Shown here piece by piece: positions 54,721-64,000 of a stretch of 64,000 nucleotides of DNA. Numbering within the stretch: the stretch's first letter is position 1; each line of letters starts with the position of its first letter. Both the position numbers and the translations under genes were made by a program. The DNA lies in IMG/VR virus record IMGVR_UViG_3300035698_034576, positions 19,152 through 83,151 of that record; one strand, given 5' to 3'. The notes under the pieces are model-generated. The model made no database searches. It was not told the origin of the DNA and saw nothing but the letters and a program-made list of their open reading frames with translations. Origin of the DNA: a virus.

Positions 54721-57023
54721 TGAAAGAAAGCTTATCGTATACATATCATAAGAAAGACACTACAATAAAGCAATTTGTTAGTAGGGAAAAGTCTATTATT
54801 TTTGGATGGAGTCAAAAAGATTTTTTAGAGTATCGTTTTGATGAAATTAGAAATATCGATAGAATATTCAAGTCAATTGATACATCTTCTCTTTCTGAAG
54901 AAGAAAAGGACAGATGGTTTCACAAATCTGTGGACTCTCTTTCATATATAAGTGAAACTGCATCAGAGTTTGATGACATTCCTTTCTTATATGGAACAAC
55001 AGTTCAGATACTTAATAATAAATTAAATCGTTTAAACGCTATAATTGATAGTAAAAATCAGGTTATAGTTGATCCTACAGAGGGAAACCCTTTTATCGTT
55101 GAGGCTCTCAAAAAACTCATTGACAACAAGAATTTTCTTAAAAGAACATCTCTCAAAGACAATCAAAAGGTAATTCAATTTGCTCCAAAAGTAAGAGTAT
55201 GGCTATGGTCAAGAGCTCTTTCATTGGAAGGAAAGAAGGGGGATCAAATAATAAATCTCACTCCATTTTTAGAAAATCTATCTACAAGTACAGGAGGAGA
55301 TGCTCCTGGAACATTTAACTTTAAGTTGCCACCCATTCCTGGAAAATGGAGCTGGAATGAAGGGTGGCGAATTGATGAGAAAAAAGTATCTTTTTTCAGA
55401 GATCGCAATAAGCAACTTTCTTATACGGGAAGAACAAGTGAGAAAATAAGCAATGATGAAGTCTTTCAGCAGAATTTCTTTTTTGAAAAGGTTATTCAAA
55501 AAAACGATTTAGTATTTATTTCGTTTGAACCAACGCAACTTGAGGAAGGAGACATTGGGGAAGAAGAATACTTTATTAGTAAGAGTGAGCTGTCAAAACA
55601 TATTTATGATATGATTGGAGTTGTAACTCAAAATTCTATTTCAAAAATAGAAAACACTACAAGTATAAACCTTGAAATCGGAGGCTCTGATCTTTTGCAA
55701 CTACTAGATGATGATACTTTTTATTTTTATTCAGAAATGTATCTTCTTGATGGACTTTTCCAAAATGGCATAGACAAGGCAGGTTTCATAAGATCTGACA
55801 ATAAGTTGTTAGGGCACATAACCGTTCCACATAAAAAGATTTCTACTGTTTTACAGTTTGTGATGAATGCGCTATCTTCTATTTCTGTTGTTCCAGATGC
55901 ACTATTTGAGAGTTATGGGTCAGTGGAAAATGAACAAAGAACAACATTCTTTAAGTTACCAGGATCTCTTAATAGTGATACAGAAGGATATGGCCCAGAT
56001 AACTTTGCTAAGGGAATTTGGCAAATTATAAAAATAATAATTGACCCTAAAATTGAAGAGAGATATGTAGTTGACTCTTCCCTTGGCAATTCAACATCAA
56101 CCCCTTTAGCCAACATAAAAAAATCAATACAAGAGCCTTTTGTACAATTACTACCAGATACATACCTAAATCAATATTATTTAGGAGTTAGGCAGTGCCC
56201 GTGGGACGAAAAAGGATATACAAAACTTGCCGCCATAGCAGATGATAAATTTGTTATAAGATCAGAGGACCTTCTTAGTGATAATCTTTCGTGGAATAAC
56301 GATGAAGTTTTTTCATGGTATAGGCTTCTTCCTACTGGATTGGCTGATGGAGCGTCCAATGGAGCTATGTGGGCTTACTTGAAAGCAGTTAGGTTTCCAG
56401 AATATGCAGAAATTTGGGGAGAAAAATCTTTAGAGGTTACTTCAAATTATTTGAGGGCGAGTTCTGAAGCGGATAAAAATAGTATGACCATCACAAGCAA
56501 TCTGTACGAGCAAGCAATTAGAGATTTAAAGTTTTTAGTTGATTGCTATTCTTACATGCCTTTTACAAGAAAAGGTAATATTGTTCTCAAAGGTGATCGT
56601 CGCTACAAAAAGGGGCTAATTGTTTATCACGAAACAACAGGAGAATACTTTTATGTAGATAGAGTTGTTCAATCGTTTTCTTCAGGACAAGAAAATGACA
56701 GAACAACAACTCTTACAGTTTCAAGAGGGATGGTAAAAGAATATCTTTCTTTCTACTTTTCCATAATAGACACAACCCTAAATGAAGACGACTTTAGTAA
56801 GGAGCCTGAAAAAGTGGGTTCTCCAGAGTGGATGAAGCGAATTGTTGGGAGATGGAAGCTTAAACAGGAGGGGTATTGGTTTAACTTTTTCTTAAAAAGA
56901 AGACAGTGCCGACAAAAAAACGAAGACAGAGTAGCATTTGCATCAACAACGGGGGCAGAGCTTGATATATTTGACATGGATTCAGTAAAAGAAGGCCAAA
57001 TACAACATATAATAAAACAATAA
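54720..57023 (+). CDS. Baseplate hub-like protein
   Basis: GNIVLKGDRRYKKG...YFYVDRVVQSF...TTTLTVSRG. Confidence 0.65.
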   Translation: MKESLSYTYHKKDTTIKQFVSREKSIIFGWSQKDFLEYRFDEIRNIDRIFKSIDTSSLSEEEKDRWFHKSVDSLSYISETASEFDDIPFLYGTTVQILNNKLNRLNAIIDSKNQVIVDPTEGNPFIVEALKKLIDNKNFLKRTSLKDNQKVIQFAPKVRVWLWSRALSLEGKKGDQIINLTPFLENLSTSTGGDAPGTFNFKLPPIPGKWSWNEGWRIDEKKVSFFRDRNKQLSYTGRTSEKISNDEVFQQNFFFEKVIQKNDLVFISFEPTQLEEGDIGEEEYFISKSELSKHIYDMIGVVTQNSISKIENTTSINLEIGGSDLLQLLDDDTFYFYSEMYLLDGLFQNGIDKAGFIRSDNKLLGHITVPHKKISTVLQFVMNALSSISVVPDALFESYGSVENEQRTTFFKLPGSLNSDTEGYGPDNFAKGIWQIIKIIIDPKIEERYVVDSSLGNSTSTPLANIKKSIQEPFVQLLPDTYLNQYYLGVRQCPWDEKGYTKLAAIADDKFVIRSEDLLSDNLSWNNDEVFSWYRLLPTGLADGASNGAMWAYLKAVRFPEYAEIWGEKSLEVTSNYLRASSEADKNSMTITSNLYEQAIRDLKFLVDCYSYMPFTRKGNIVLKGDRRYKKGLIVYHETTGEYFYVDRVVQSFSSGQENDRTTTLTVSRGMVKEYLSFYFSIIDTTLNEDDFSKEPEKVGSPEWMKRIVGRWKLKQEGYWFNFFLKRRQCRQKNEDRVAFASTTGAELDIFDMDSVKEGQIQHIIKQ

Positions 57024-57868
57024 TGTTAAGTAGATTTAGACAAAATAAAAATTATAGTCCAGATCAAACTCTTGGCTTGGGCTATGTTATCATTCCTAAA
57101 GATAATGACATAGAAAGAGAGGACTTTATACAATATTGTTATGACACTTCAACTATTTTACTACTATGTTTAGATGGTAGGCAATATGAGAATGTCAAAG
57201 TTAATAAGGGGCTTTTCAATGAAATAAGCTTTCCAGAAGATTCTTTACAAAAAGGGTCTCAAGTTGTATTTGGGCATATTGAATTGATCAGTTGGCCAGT
57301 TGTGTTAGCTGTAATATCAAAAGGAGGAGAAATTCTTAGCCAGTCGGAACACACTTTTAGGTTTTCTAAAGAATTCAACGGGACTCTTGTTGAAGTTATT
57401 GGAAATGCTGAAAGTCAAGACCTAAGTGTAAACATAGCTTCTAAAGAAGCGGGAAGATTAAAAGTTGCTGTTGACGGGGATGAAAATAGTGAGGTTTTGA
57501 TAAGCAGCACAGGAAAGGTTTCTTTAAATGCAAAAGAAGTTGTGGCAACAATTAGAGACACTTTCAATTTGAAAATTAAAAAGAGAGGGGAAGAGGATGA
57601 AACAAATATTTCCTACAAGTTAGGAGAGGGATTTACATACAAGGACGAATTCAATAATCAAGTTATCCTTAATGGTTCCAAGGCTTATGTTAAAAGCCGA
57701 GGCTATAGTATAGTTAATTCAGAAGATTATTCTGTAAAAAGTTTACTCGATGAAATTGTGACAGAAATATCAAATATAACTGTATCAACAGCTTTAGGAC
57801 AAATGCCAATATTGAATAAGGTTCAGGTTGAACAATTAAAGGAAAAAATTAGTAATTTATTTGAATAA
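57023..57868 (+). CDS. Baseplate spike-like protein
   Basis: N-terminal P..GSQVV motif, beta-rich C-terminus; synteny. Confidence 0.55.
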   Translation: MLSRFRQNKNYSPDQTLGLGYVIIPKDNDIEREDFIQYCYDTSTILLLCLDGRQYENVKVNKGLFNEISFPEDSLQKGSQVVFGHIELISWPVVLAVISKGGEILSQSEHTFRFSKEFNGTLVEVIGNAESQDLSVNIASKEAGRLKVAVDGDENSEVLISSTGKVSLNAKEVVATIRDTFNLKIKKRGEEDETNISYKLGEGFTYKDEFNNQVILNGSKAYVKSRGYSIVNSEDYSVKSLLDEIVTEISNITVSTALGQMPILNKVQVEQLKEKISNLFE

Positions 57869-57869
57869 T

Positions 57870-58109
57870 ATGCTACCAACTAAAGGTGTTTTAAGTGAAA
57901 AAATACAGAGTCTAGTAAATAACAATGACAAAACAGACTCTGCTGAAGCAGTAAAAGAGTTTGCTGATGGTCTAGCAAAGCTCCTTATAGATACAATGAA
58001 AGAGGCTGATGTGGTTTTCCAATCAGGGTCAATTAATACTGTAGTAACAACTACATCGGGGGGAGGAACAGGATATAACGCCCAACCTTCTTTAGGAAAT
58101 CTTCAATAA
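57870..58109 (+). CDS. Small baseplate/spike-associated protein
   Basis: Synteny. Confidence 0.45.
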   Translation: MLPTKGVLSEKIQSLVNNNDKTDSAEAVKEFADGLAKLLIDTMKEADVVFQSGSINTVVTTTSGGGTGYNAQPSLGNLQ

Positions 58110-58147
58110 GAGAGAAATTTTAATTATCTTTAACAAAAGTAGAAAAC

Positions 58148-58873
58148 GTGTCAATACAATCAAAAGTTCAAGAATTAATAAGTACAATAGGGGAGGCTTC
58201 TCTTCACTATCTGTATCCTAATGACTTTGAGTATTACGCAATGTCACTCGAACTTGTTTCTGTTGGAAGCGAGGAGGAAAAAACTATTGACTATTTTGTT
58301 TTTCCTGTTATGCCAAGCGATTACAATAACTCTCAATCTACACAAACAAACGTAAGGAAAACAAATAGCGGAGTTTTATCAGTACGAAATGTTGGGTTTG
58401 TGCCTAGAGACATTAGAATAAATGGAAATTTTGGAAGAAGTTTTAAATTCTTATTGGGGGTAAATGAAGTTTCTGCAAATGCTTTTAGATTTTCTACTGC
58501 GGGAGGGGACTTTGGAGGAAACCTAAAGTTTCGTACTCCTTCCCTTGATTTTCAAGTAAAAACTGGATATGGAGCTATTAAAATTCTCGAGGCAATCTGC
58601 ACAAAGTCTAAAGGTTTAGATGAGGAGGGCTATCCATTTATACTTTATTTTTATAATCCAGCAATGGGGGAGAATTATATTGTAGAGATTGAGACTTTTA
58701 CTGTCAAACAAGAAGAGAGTAACTCTAGAATCTATTCTTACTCAATTCAAATGAAAGCTCTTGGTATATTGCAACCCACAAAAGCTCTTGTTAAAAGAGG
58801 TCCTTTTCCAAAAAGATTGGTGACAAATCTTGTTTCAGTTCAGGCTGAGACACTAAAAACCTTATTGATGTAA
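58148..58873 (+). CDS. Baseplate / tail tube initiator-like protein
   Basis: YFVFPVMPSDY...IRINGNFG...LYFYN...YSYSIQM. Confidence 0.55.
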   Translation: MSIQSKVQELISTIGEASLHYLYPNDFEYYAMSLELVSVGSEEEKTIDYFVFPVMPSDYNNSQSTQTNVRKTNSGVLSVRNVGFVPRDIRINGNFGRSFKFLLGVNEVSANAFRFSTAGGDFGGNLKFRTPSLDFQVKTGYGAIKILEAICTKSKGLDEEGYPFILYFYNPAMGENYIVEIETFTVKQEESNSRIYSYSIQMKALGILQPTKALVKRGPFPKRLVTNLVSVQAETLKTLLM

Positions 58874-59799
58874 TGAGCTTAGAATCCACATATATAAAGT
58901 TTGAGAGAGCTACTGGAATAAGTCTTTCTTCTTTCTTCAGCAGATACATTAATTTTGTTGAAAGAGGAGGAATGCAGTCTATTTATAACTACTACACTGG
59001 ATCTGGCAGACTTCCTCAAGTAGCTTTTAATGAATTACACTCCTTGCTTGACTCTGCTATTCTAATACAAAGTAAATTCAAACAGCATAAAAATCTTTTT
59101 ACAAATATATCAGCCTGGGATTTACTTGAGGGTTTAGAAAACTCTTTCATAAGGCTTCTGACTATTTATAACTTTAAGAAATATTTACGTTCATCTTTGA
59201 TAAATTCAACCTTTAATACAGGAGTTCAGCAAAGTCAATATATGCTAAAGCAGAACCAAAGTCTTGAAAGTGTGTCATCTGACATATTAAAATCTCAGAA
59301 TAGAGACAATGACTGGGTTAATATCGCTATTGACAATGATTTGATTGAGGAAAGATACACCCAAGCTGGAGGAATTTCTTTAGGATTAACATATAATAGG
59401 ACCGGAAGTATTGGAAACATCGAGGTTGTTATAGATGAGTTGGTTGGGGAAAAAATAAATGGTCTTGATATTCAAAAGAAACTTGAGTTTGCCAGCAACG
59501 ATTTAAAAGTTTTAAATTACCAAGAGACAGTTTATCAGGCGGTAGATATTTTAATTAATCTTAGGAAAAGAGGAAATCCTGAGTTTCCCGATCAAGGAAT
59601 AAAAAAACTAATAGGGACATCTTCAGCCGCAATTGGATACCCTTTAATTTTTAGACAACTTTTAAACATCTTTAGTTCCGATGATACTATTTCAAGCTTT
59701 ACAATAACAGGCATAAGCATTGAGAGCGATGCTGTTTTAATTAAAATGAGCATAGAGACTGCTTATGGGGACATCATTAATAAATCAATCACATTCTAA
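58873..59799 (+). CDS. Baseplate wedge protein (gp25-like C-terminus)
   Basis: KRGNPEFPDQG...DDTISS; synteny. Confidence 0.55.
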   Translation: MSLESTYIKFERATGISLSSFFSRYINFVERGGMQSIYNYYTGSGRLPQVAFNELHSLLDSAILIQSKFKQHKNLFTNISAWDLLEGLENSFIRLLTIYNFKKYLRSSLINSTFNTGVQQSQYMLKQNQSLESVSSDILKSQNRDNDWVNIAIDNDLIEERYTQAGGISLGLTYNRTGSIGNIEVVIDELVGEKINGLDIQKKLEFASNDLKVLNYQETVYQAVDILINLRKRGNPEFPDQGIKKLIGTSSAAIGYPLIFRQLLNIFSSDDTISSFTITGISIESDAVLIKMSIETAYGDIINKSITF

Positions 59800-60990
59800 A
59801 TGAGAACACAACTAACTTCAATAGAAGAACTAAAGCAGCTCTTTATAGAGTCGTTATTAAACCATACAGATAGCATTACAAAAGTATCAGACCATTCGGT
59901 AGTAAATGGAATATCTTATGGAGTGGCTAAAGTTGGTCAAAAAGCTCTTAAAGATGTTGCTTTGGTTGAGCAAAATCTAAACCCAGATATGGCCTATGGA
60001 GGATATTTAGATAAAATTGCAAGGAATTGGGGAGTCTCTCCACGATTTGGAGCAGCTGGCTCAACAACTTCTATTCGTGTCGTTGGTAACCCAGGAACAT
60101 TTTATGAAGCTGGAGTAAATACTATTTCAAGCGATCAAGGAATAGTGTTTGAGATAATTCAAGACTTTACAATTGGAAATGATGGATTTGGATATATAAA
60201 AGTCTCTAGCCAAACTACAGGAAAGGAAACCAACGTAAACCCATTTTCTCTTACAAAAATAGCTCCTATTCCAGCTGGACACATTTACTTAACAAATGAG
60301 TATATTGCTATTGGAGGCAGAAACGAGGAGCAGGACGAATATTTTAGAAAAAGAATAAAGGATGGAGCTAATGTTATGGCTTCACAAACTCTTTCTAAGC
60401 TAGAGCAAGTTCTCATGAGATATAACAACAATATTTTAAAACTTTTCCGAGGAGGAGTTGATGCAGTTGGCAATACCATTATAAAAGTAGCTACCCAGAA
60501 TGGAGGAGATTTATCAGAAAATCAGCTAGGAGAGCTGTTGATAGCCTCTGCTGATTACCTTTCACTCGCTGACAATAGAAATCATAAAGACATAGCAACA
60601 TACGGGGTTCTTTTCAAAAACATAGAGTACAAAGAGATTTCAATATCTTTTAATGTTAAGATTAAGGATGGAGTGGATAAGGATCTTGTCAGAATAAATA
60701 TGCAAATACAGGTGTCAAAAATATTTGATTATAAATCCTCTAGTAAAAAGGGAGTTATAGAGTGGGATGACATTTTCTTTTCAATAAAAAACGTTCCAGG
60801 TGTAGAATTTATTTCCGACTCTTCATTTAGGCCAAACAAAGACATCTTAATATCAAATGGGTCTTTTCCAAGGGTGAGATCTTTTATTATGCGCGATTTA
60901 GATGGAAACATTATTTCTGATAATAAAGGAATTTTATCTCCAATTTATTATCAGAATCAACCAGATATAACAACTCAATCAAATATATAG
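59800..60990 (+). CDS. Baseplate J-like protein
   Basis: AYGGYLDKIA..GVSPR and GGRNEEQDEYFRKRI. Confidence 0.85.
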   Translation: MRTQLTSIEELKQLFIESLLNHTDSITKVSDHSVVNGISYGVAKVGQKALKDVALVEQNLNPDMAYGGYLDKIARNWGVSPRFGAAGSTTSIRVVGNPGTFYEAGVNTISSDQGIVFEIIQDFTIGNDGFGYIKVSSQTTGKETNVNPFSLTKIAPIPAGHIYLTNEYIAIGGRNEEQDEYFRKRIKDGANVMASQTLSKLEQVLMRYNNNILKLFRGGVDAVGNTIIKVATQNGGDLSENQLGELLIASADYLSLADNRNHKDIATYGVLFKNIEYKEISISFNVKIKDGVDKDLVRINMQIQVSKIFDYKSSSKKGVIEWDDIFFSIKNVPGVEFISDSSFRPNKDILISNGSFPRVRSFIMRDLDGNIISDNKGILSPIYYQNQPDITTQSNI

Positions 60991-60991
60991 C

Positions 60992-61300
60992 ATGGCAACA
61001 GATCCAGGAGAAGTAGTAGGGGCAGGAATAGGAACCGCTATACCAGTTAACACAACATTGACTAGTGTTGAGGGAGAGTTTACCTATCACACTTATTATA
61101 ATGAACTTTTTCTTCTTTCTGTATTTATTTCAGAAAGTCTCTTCAAAGAGGGAGGAACTCAGTTCATAGAAGGAGAAGGAGGGGCTCGTTATAGTGATGA
61201 AATAACCTGCAGAGTAGAGGATGGAGACTTAATTATAGACGGATTGAATGCAGAAAAATATTCTTTAAATGACAATGGTGAATTAATATATACTTACTGA
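60992..61300 (+). CDS. Hypothetical baseplate/fibre protein
   Basis: Synteny. Confidence 0.5.
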   Translation: MATDPGEVVGAGIGTAIPVNTTLTSVEGEFTYHTYYNELFLLSVFISESLFKEGGTQFIEGEGGARYSDEITCRVEDGDLIIDGLNAEKYSLNDNGELIYTY

Positions 61301-61301
61301 A

Positions 61302-61691
61302 ATGATTAAAAACTTAGGATTAATACAGGCTATTTGGGTTAAAACTACCCCTCCAACAAATAAGAAAATGCTGTGGTATGACACAAATATTGGTGTGAAT
61401 AAACACAAATATTGGGATACCATAATTCTCCAGTGGCTATTTTTAAATAACGAGTCAAATCAAAATAACTACAGGGCTAATAGAGTTATTTTTTCAAACA
61501 CAAGCCCACAAATAATAACTTTTTCAACAAGTCTAGGGACTGTTGATGCCGATGTTGTTCTTTCAACGGTTATGTATGATACAAACGGAGACGCTATTGT
61601 TCCTAAAATAACAAATCTTACAAAATCAGGATTTACCTGCACTCCATCAAAAGCAGGAACACTTCATTATCAAGCATTTTTAAAGATATAA
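61302..61691 (+). CDS. Tail fibre-associated protein
   Basis: PPTNKKMLWYDT motif; H-type lectin-like C-terminus. Confidence 0.5.
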   Translation: MIKNLGLIQAIWVKTTPPTNKKMLWYDTNIGVNKHKYWDTIILQWLFLNNESNQNNYRANRVIFSNTSPQIITFSTSLGTVDADVVLSTVMYDTNGDAIVPKITNLTKSGFTCTPSKAGTLHYQAFLKI

Positions 61692-61695
61692 TCCC

Positions 61696-62571
61696 ATGGC
61701 TGTTAAAGAGTTTGTAGAAATTATAAATATCTTTGATAGACTGGTGTTGAAAGACATTGGTATTGATTTGATTGCAACCTCTGTTGGGGCTGTTGGACTA
61801 CACACTTCTTTAGTTACAGAAAAAGCTGTCAGAGATGCTATTAAGGAGGGAGAAGGAAATGGAATAAAATCGGAAATAATTTCTACCGTAGAGGTTGGAG
61901 GAGTTAAAGTCGGAGAGGTTATTCCAATTGGAACTTTATTTGAAGATCTTTTTAATGAAATTTTATCTCCCGCTATATTAGTATCTTTTTCTTATGCTGG
62001 GTATACTGAGATTATAGAAATAGACACTGTTATAAATGAGCCAAGCTTTTTGTGGGAAAAGAGAGGTTTTCCCCTAAATCTTAAGATTTCTGATGATGAT
62101 GGACAACTCTCCAATCAATCTGTTTCAGGAGGGGAATACGAAGCGGTAGGAACATCTTATGTAAGGGATTTCTATGATAGTGTAAAATGGAATTTATCTG
62201 GAGACAATGTAGAGACTTTAGAAATTATTACAACATGGGTAAGGCCTTCTTATATCGGTAAAAATTCCACAGGGCTTGTTCCTAACGAACTTGATATTAA
62301 GGCAGGGACAAAATTATTAATTGAAACAAAAGGAGAAGTTTTTTTATCTTTATCAACAACGGATCTTGAGTATGGTTGGTTTGCGGTTCCCACCATACAA
62401 ACTGGAAAAATATATACTGATTGGAAGGTTTCAGAACCAAATCAAGGAGAAATTGGTCCAGGAGAATTTATAGTAAAAAGGGCTCAAATTGTTATGAATG
62501 AAACAGTGTCTTATGACATTTATATGTACAACTACAACAGTGAGCTATCAAAAGTCATAAAAATTAGTTAA
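61696..62571 (+). CDS. Tail fibre / structural protein
   Basis: LVTEKAVRDA and EVGGVKVG motifs. Confidence 0.5.
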   Translation: MAVKEFVEIINIFDRLVLKDIGIDLIATSVGAVGLHTSLVTEKAVRDAIKEGEGNGIKSEIISTVEVGGVKVGEVIPIGTLFEDLFNEILSPAILVSFSYAGYTEIIEIDTVINEPSFLWEKRGFPLNLKISDDDGQLSNQSVSGGEYEAVGTSYVRDFYDSVKWNLSGDNVETLEIITTWVRPSYIGKNSTGLVPNELDIKAGTKLLIETKGEVFLSLSTTDLEYGWFAVPTIQTGKIYTDWKVSEPNQGEIGPGEFIVKRAQIVMNETVSYDIYMYNYNSELSKVIKIS

Positions 62572-62588
62572 ATTTATAAAAAAAAGAG

Positions 62589-63659
62589 ATGCCTTTAAGG
62601 ATCAACGATAATTACCATATAAACGCTCCAAAGCCAATCAAAGATACTGACTTGGTGGGGGCAACTCAAGTCTATGAGACAAAGGAAGAAATTCCAATGG
62701 GGCTTAGATTTGAGTTCATGGAAACTATCGATGAAATTGGGATAAAGTGGAGATTAGAGGGAGGAATCAATGATGAAAATTGGAAAAACATTTCTCTTGG
62801 AGAATATCTTCCCCAACTACCCACTGCAACAGAAGGAAATATTCCTTTATGGGATGCAGGAGGAGTTTCAATTAACGATGGTCTAGGAGTTACCGAAGTA
62901 GTTAGAGGTTCAGAAACTGCTGTCCATGCCACAATACCCACAGAGAAAGCTGTTAGAGATGCACTTACAGACCTATCTTTAGAATTAACTGGGAAAGTGT
63001 TATCCGATGTTGATGCAACAGATATAGACAATGTTATATTTACTCTTAGTGATGGTACTACTATAAGTGAGGCATTTACTCATACCCATGATTATGATAA
63101 ATATACTAGCTGGAATTTAAAGACTAATGGAGTACAAAGGATAGCTATTATAAAAGATGGGATATTAGATATTACTGCTGGAACTAATGTTACAGTAGAT
63201 TATACATCTGATGGAATAGTTACAATTGCCTCTAGTTACGTAGATACTCTTTATACTGCTGGAGAAGGATTAGATTTAACAGGTACAGTATTTTCTCATT
63301 CCGATACTTCAAGTCAAGGATCTAGTGAAAATACAGGTAGAACTTATATTCAAAGTATTCTATTAGATACTTATGGACACATTACAAGTATTGATACGGC
63401 TACTGAAACTATAGTTAGTGATCGTTTAAATAAAGTTGATGCTGAAAACATAAGTAATGTGGTATTTACATTTAATGATGGAAGCTCAATTGAAGAGTCT
63501 TTTGATCATGTACATACAAATTACTTACTTAGTGATTCTGTTCAAGATTTAATATTTGGGAATGGATTAGATGGAGAAATTTATAATGGTAGAGAAGAAG
63601 TTACTGTACAATTAGCTTATTTAATCGCTTCTCCAACTGGAACAATATATACAAATTAA
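62589..63659 (+). CDS. Tail fibre-like protein
   Basis: IPTEKAVRDA, YTAGEGLDLTGTVFSH and LDTYGHITSI; internal repeat VDA..I.NV.FT..DG..I.E.F.H.H. Confidence 0.6.
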   Translation: MPLRINDNYHINAPKPIKDTDLVGATQVYETKEEIPMGLRFEFMETIDEIGIKWRLEGGINDENWKNISLGEYLPQLPTATEGNIPLWDAGGVSINDGLGVTEVVRGSETAVHATIPTEKAVRDALTDLSLELTGKVLSDVDATDIDNVIFTLSDGTTISEAFTHTHDYDKYTSWNLKTNGVQRIAIIKDGILDITAGTNVTVDYTSDGIVTIASSYVDTLYTAGEGLDLTGTVFSHSDTSSQGSSENTGRTYIQSILLDTYGHITSIDTATETIVSDRLNKVDAENISNVVFTFNDGSSIEESFDHVHTNYLLSDSVQDLIFGNGLDGEIYNGREEVTVQLAYLIASPTGTIYTN

Positions 63660-63662
63660 ACA

Positions 63663-64000
63663 ATGGCTACCAACATATCTAAAATATCTTATCAGCCCCT
63701 TATTCTACAAGGAATTGGAGTTAAGCCCACTATACCTTTACCGACATCTTTACTTCCTGGAGATACAGGTTGGGATGATTCAAGTAATATATTAATAGGA
63801 CAAACTGCTTATAATGTTACTGAAAATAAGTATTTTATAAGAAGCGCAAATGGGATAGAGTTATTAAAGTCCACTATGTATTATGAATATGATCAAGGTA
63901 CACCAAGTGCAGTTTGGGAAATAAATCATAATTTACAATTTAGACCAGCGGCTGTGGTTATAGATACTTCTGGAACCACAGTAGAGGGAGAAATAAATCA
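63663..64000 (+). CDS. Tail fibre-associated protein (partial, runs off the window)
   Basis: MATNISKIS...QGTPSAVWEINHNL..RP..VIDTSG. Confidence 0.55.
   Translation, partial: MATNISKISYQPLILQGIGVKPTIPLPTSLLPGDTGWDDSSNILIGQTAYNVTENKYFIRSANGIELLKSTMYYEYDQGTPSAVWEINHNLQFRPAAVVIDTSGTTVEGEIN

Noticed and set aside
599-63031. Numerous short minus-strand ORFs, and + strand ORFs inside tnpB
   Set aside because: They are shadows of real genes with no motifs; tnpB is the only supported minus-strand gene.
1-64000. Stop-codon reassignment (TAG or TGA), suggested by in-frame stops at 10681, 29279 and 29297
   Set aside because: Long conserved genes are intact under code 11, and both codons end genes at sensible positions (TAG at 5307, TGA at 22792).

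Overview
AT-rich 64 kb segment of a large myovirus genome, coded almost entirely on the + strand. The virion genes are SPO1/Twort (Herelleviridae)-like. The host is most likely Bacteroidota, judged from A-rich leaders without Shine-Dalgarno sequences, TAnnTTT-type promoter boxes and signal peptides cleaved before Gln. Layout: (1) class II ribonucleotide reductase in two ORFs with two unusual inteins (0.5-5.3 kb); (2) accessory region of small genes, decayed genes and repeated promoters (5.4-21 kb), including three consecutive integron-like gene cassettes (13.4-14.2 kb); (3) portal followed by about 13 kb of putative head-packaged proteins, many sharing an N-terminal K-[SAG] leader and a short conserved module fused to variable cargo (GNAT, intein-containing ATPase, zincin peptidase), next to Nudix, intein-containing MuF and ParB-like genes; (4) a lysis operon headed by a lone receiver domain and a PAS protein; (5) prohead protease, scaffold and major capsid protein; (6) a GIY-YIG endonuclease gene interrupted by a tnpB-only IS200/IS605 element; (7) neck, sheath, tube, tape measure, baseplate and fibre genes. 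I saw no tRNA, rRNA, CRISPR array, large terminase or integrase. All family assignments come from motif recognition by eye; no database search was run.
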